In this document: one piece after another, positions 61,894 through 64,000 of the stretch
Layout: every line of letters begins with the position of its first letter
How positions within the stretch are numbered: the stretch's first letter is position 1
DNA from: an uncultured Spirochaetota bacterium
Lineage (GTDB): Bacteria; Spirochaetota; Brevinematia; Brevinematales; JAOACQ01
Length of the DNA: 64,000 nt
NCBI GenBank assembly: GCA_963783575.1
Contig: CAWAOD010000005.1
Coordinates: forward strand, 64,001-128,000
Reading direction: 5' to 3'
Notes under the pieces: generated by a model
What the model saw: the letters and a program-made list of their open reading frames with translations, nothing else
What the model was told of the DNA's origin: nothing
The model's database searches: none
Program-made: the position numbers and the translations under genes

Positions 61894-63622
61894 TTTTCAA
61901 CCCCTCAATATTCTTAATAAGCCGGCCAATCTTTTTTTCAATCCTTGCTTTATCAAACTTTTCATATCTCTCATAAATCACTTTTTCTTTCATAAAATAA
62001 CGGTTTAAAAAAATCCACTCCGATGATTCTATCGCTGGAAATAACGAAGGATCAATTTTTAATTTACGAATAAAACCGCCAAGCCGGAAAACTCCCATGA
62101 TAATTTTATCGATTTTATTGAAATCTATCAAATGGTTGTCAAATAGTTTTTTTTTGTCTATCAATGGATAATTTTTGCACATTTCATTTACATAGTAATC
62201 AAGGTCTTCATGACGGAAATTTGTTATTACAGCGCCTGTTTTTGTAGCATTAACCAGATCGAGATGAGGATTAACACTGTGAATATTTTTTGCTGACTCT
62301 TCGAACCACCCTTTGAAATTGTTTAAAACAAAATCAGTATAAATTCCGCCTTCCACAGGGATGTTATTATCTGTTCCATCCGTTAAAGAATATTTTCTTG
62401 AGCGTAGAATTTTTAAAAAAACACTTTCCAGTGGAGTCAAACGGTTGTTCTTCTGTAAAATGCGGTAAAAATGCGATGTCGACGGCGAATGAGAAGTTTT
62501 GTATGAATAGGCCAGGTCCTGCCCGACCAGGATTATTTCTTTTCCACCGATTGTATAGGCAAAATGAAAACTTGACGTGGAAACCGACCCTCCCGATTCG
62601 ACATCTCCAAGCCGGATCCCCCCGTACGATTCGATCCAATTGACAAGTTCGCTCTTTATGAGAAAGGAATTTCCGCTGTAATCAAAATCCAGATGGGCCG
62701 TTGTCGCTATATATTTATTAATTTTTTTCCGGTTTTCATGCTTGTTGCATTCATCAAAATATGAGGGAAGTGATGTATTTACAACAATATCATATATCAG
62801 GTTTGTTTTTGAAATATATTTACTGTCGATAAGTGAAAAGTCACCCAGGTTATATACCTGCGAATCCAGCGAATAGATGAAATCTGGGATTATCCCGGCC
62901 TCAAAAAGAGGCAGAACAGCCGTGTCTACAGAGATTGTTATGCAATAAGGGCAGGCTCTTTTTATATTATCCAGTGAAAATTTTAATGATGGCCCTGCTG
63001 ATATAACCATTACAGGGGCATTTATTTTTTTAAAATCCATCTGGCTGACAGGGTAGGATGTTTTCAAATTGGGAATATTTTTTAAGATATTTATAAACCA
63101 AATCTCCTCAAAATTCAGTCTTGTGGTGAAATCCCCCAGTTTGACTTTAAGAAGCCTTTCTATCCTGTCTTCAAATGGTGTGTATGTTTCTTTATCATAT
63201 GCTCCTCTCAGGATAAGAGTTTTGATATTCTTAAAATTCTGTATTTCGATTAAAGAAAAAATTGTATCGAGCTTATCGGGCCGGTCGGTTGGTGAAATAT
63301 AAAAATAATTCGGCGGGATTTGATAGATTTTTTGAAAAAAAATATGAATATTCGGATTCAGTTCGATAATTATGATATTCTGAAATCCCTCTTTTTCAAG
63401 GATTTCAAGGTGGTAGCCGAAACCGGCACCAAGAATTATGATAAGCGTTTTATCTTTATCTAGAGAAAATAAAGAATTCACAAGTCTTAAGGCTTCCTTT
63501 CCCGGAGAATAGGAACTATGGACAGGCTTTCCTTGAACCCTGGGATAATAAAGTCCGTCTTCAGCCATAAATATTTCCGGGCTTATCTCCGAAAGATCCT
63601 TTAAAGCCCTGTAATTTATCAT
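61880..63622 (-). CDS. Maf/MptE-like (DUF115) motility-associated factor protein
   Basis: HSSYSP..EA, LGAGFGYH, SAGPSL, GGSVS and LVGQDLAY. Confidence 0.8.
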   Translation of the reverse strand: MINYRALKDLSEISPEIFMAEDGLYYPRVQGKPVHSSYSPGKEALRLVNSLFSLDKDKTLIIILGAGFGYHLEILEKEGFQNIIIIELNPNIHIFFQKIYQIPPNYFYISPTDRPDKLDTIFSLIEIQNFKNIKTLILRGAYDKETYTPFEDRIERLLKVKLGDFTTRLNFEEIWFINILKNIPNLKTSYPVSQMDFKKINAPVMVISAGPSLKFSLDNIKRACPYCITISVDTAVLPLFEAGIIPDFIYSLDSQVYNLGDFSLIDSKYISKTNLIYDIVVNTSLPSYFDECNKHENRKKINKYIATTAHLDFDYSGNSFLIKSELVNWIESYGGIRLGDVESGGSVSTSSFHFAYTIGGKEIILVGQDLAYSYKTSHSPSTSHFYRILQKNNRLTPLESVFLKILRSRKYSLTDGTDNNIPVEGGIYTDFVLNNFKGWFEESAKNIHSVNPHLDLVNATKTGAVITNFRHEDLDYYVNEMCKNYPLIDKKKLFDNHLIDFNKIDKIIMGVFRLGGFIRKLKIDPSLFPAIESSEWIFLNRYFMKEKVIYERYEKFDKARIEKKIGRLIKNIEGLKNARG

Positions 63623-63654
63623 AAATTCTTATCCTAACATTTAGCAAATGCCGA

Positions 63655-64000
63655 TTATATCGGCAGAATTAACGTTACGTTTATTCCAATCAAAGCGCTG
63701 ATAAAACCCAGTACCACGCCGGCCAGAACATCTGAAGGATAATGAAGGCCGAGATAAATTCTTGAAAATGCTATAAATGAAGCTATGATTAGCATCGGAA
63801 TAAAAAGTACCGGGTAAAAATAATAAAATACGAATACTATACCGAATGCGCCGGCCGTATGCCCTGAAGGGAATGAAAATTTATCAGGCGGGGCTATAAC
63901 ATTGGAAATATCTTCAAACTTAACAAACGGCCTTTGCCTGCTGAAAATATGCTTAATTATAGTTTGAAGAAGAACTTGGGTAATGGAAGTAATAGTCAGC
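63655..64000 (-). CDS. PAP2-family phosphatase (partial; 5' end outside window)
   Basis: R.RP, SFPSGH and SRIYLGLHYPSDV read on the minus strand. Confidence 0.88.
   Translation of the reverse strand, partial: LTITSITQVLLQTIIKHIFSRQRPFVKFEDISNVIAPPDKFSFPSGHTAGAFGIVFVFYYFYPVLFIPMLIIASFIAFSRIYLGLHYPSDVLAGVVLGFISALIGINVTLILPI

Overview
A 64 kb AT-rich bacterial chromosomal segment. The gene content (spirochaete-like lipoproteins, CsgG/PEGA proteins, a Maf-type protein, TPR proteins) suggests a Spirochaetota genome; this is inference only. Housekeeping genes (panB, dgkA, argF, murC, SpoIID/LytB, coaE, rfbC/rfbD-like, glgC, tRNA-Arg(CCT)) are interspersed with accessory regions. (1) 0.5-8.8 kb: a putative defence operon (frameshifted SF2-helicase/Z1 protein, 148-aa unknown protein, SPPY-type amino-methyltransferase) lies between related palindromic elements. 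Hairpins in the right-hand region have been hit by an IS110/IS1111-type element, whose upstream non-coding region looks like a bridge/seek RNA, and by an IS1182. (2) 20-28.7 kb: a decaying redox/arsenic-type cluster with a second IS1182 and an IS21 remnant. (3) 46-51 kb: an intact IS21 abuts an integrase-less, integron-like cassette array made of attC-like sites, a two-gene cassette, a 520-bp ORF-less fold-back cassette and a candidate attI-like site. The motif at that site (ACTCGATATA) recurs at the end of the defence operon. Several single-base frameshifts in A-runs may be pseudogenisation or sequencing error. All calls come from reading the sequence and recognising motifs; no database searches were run.
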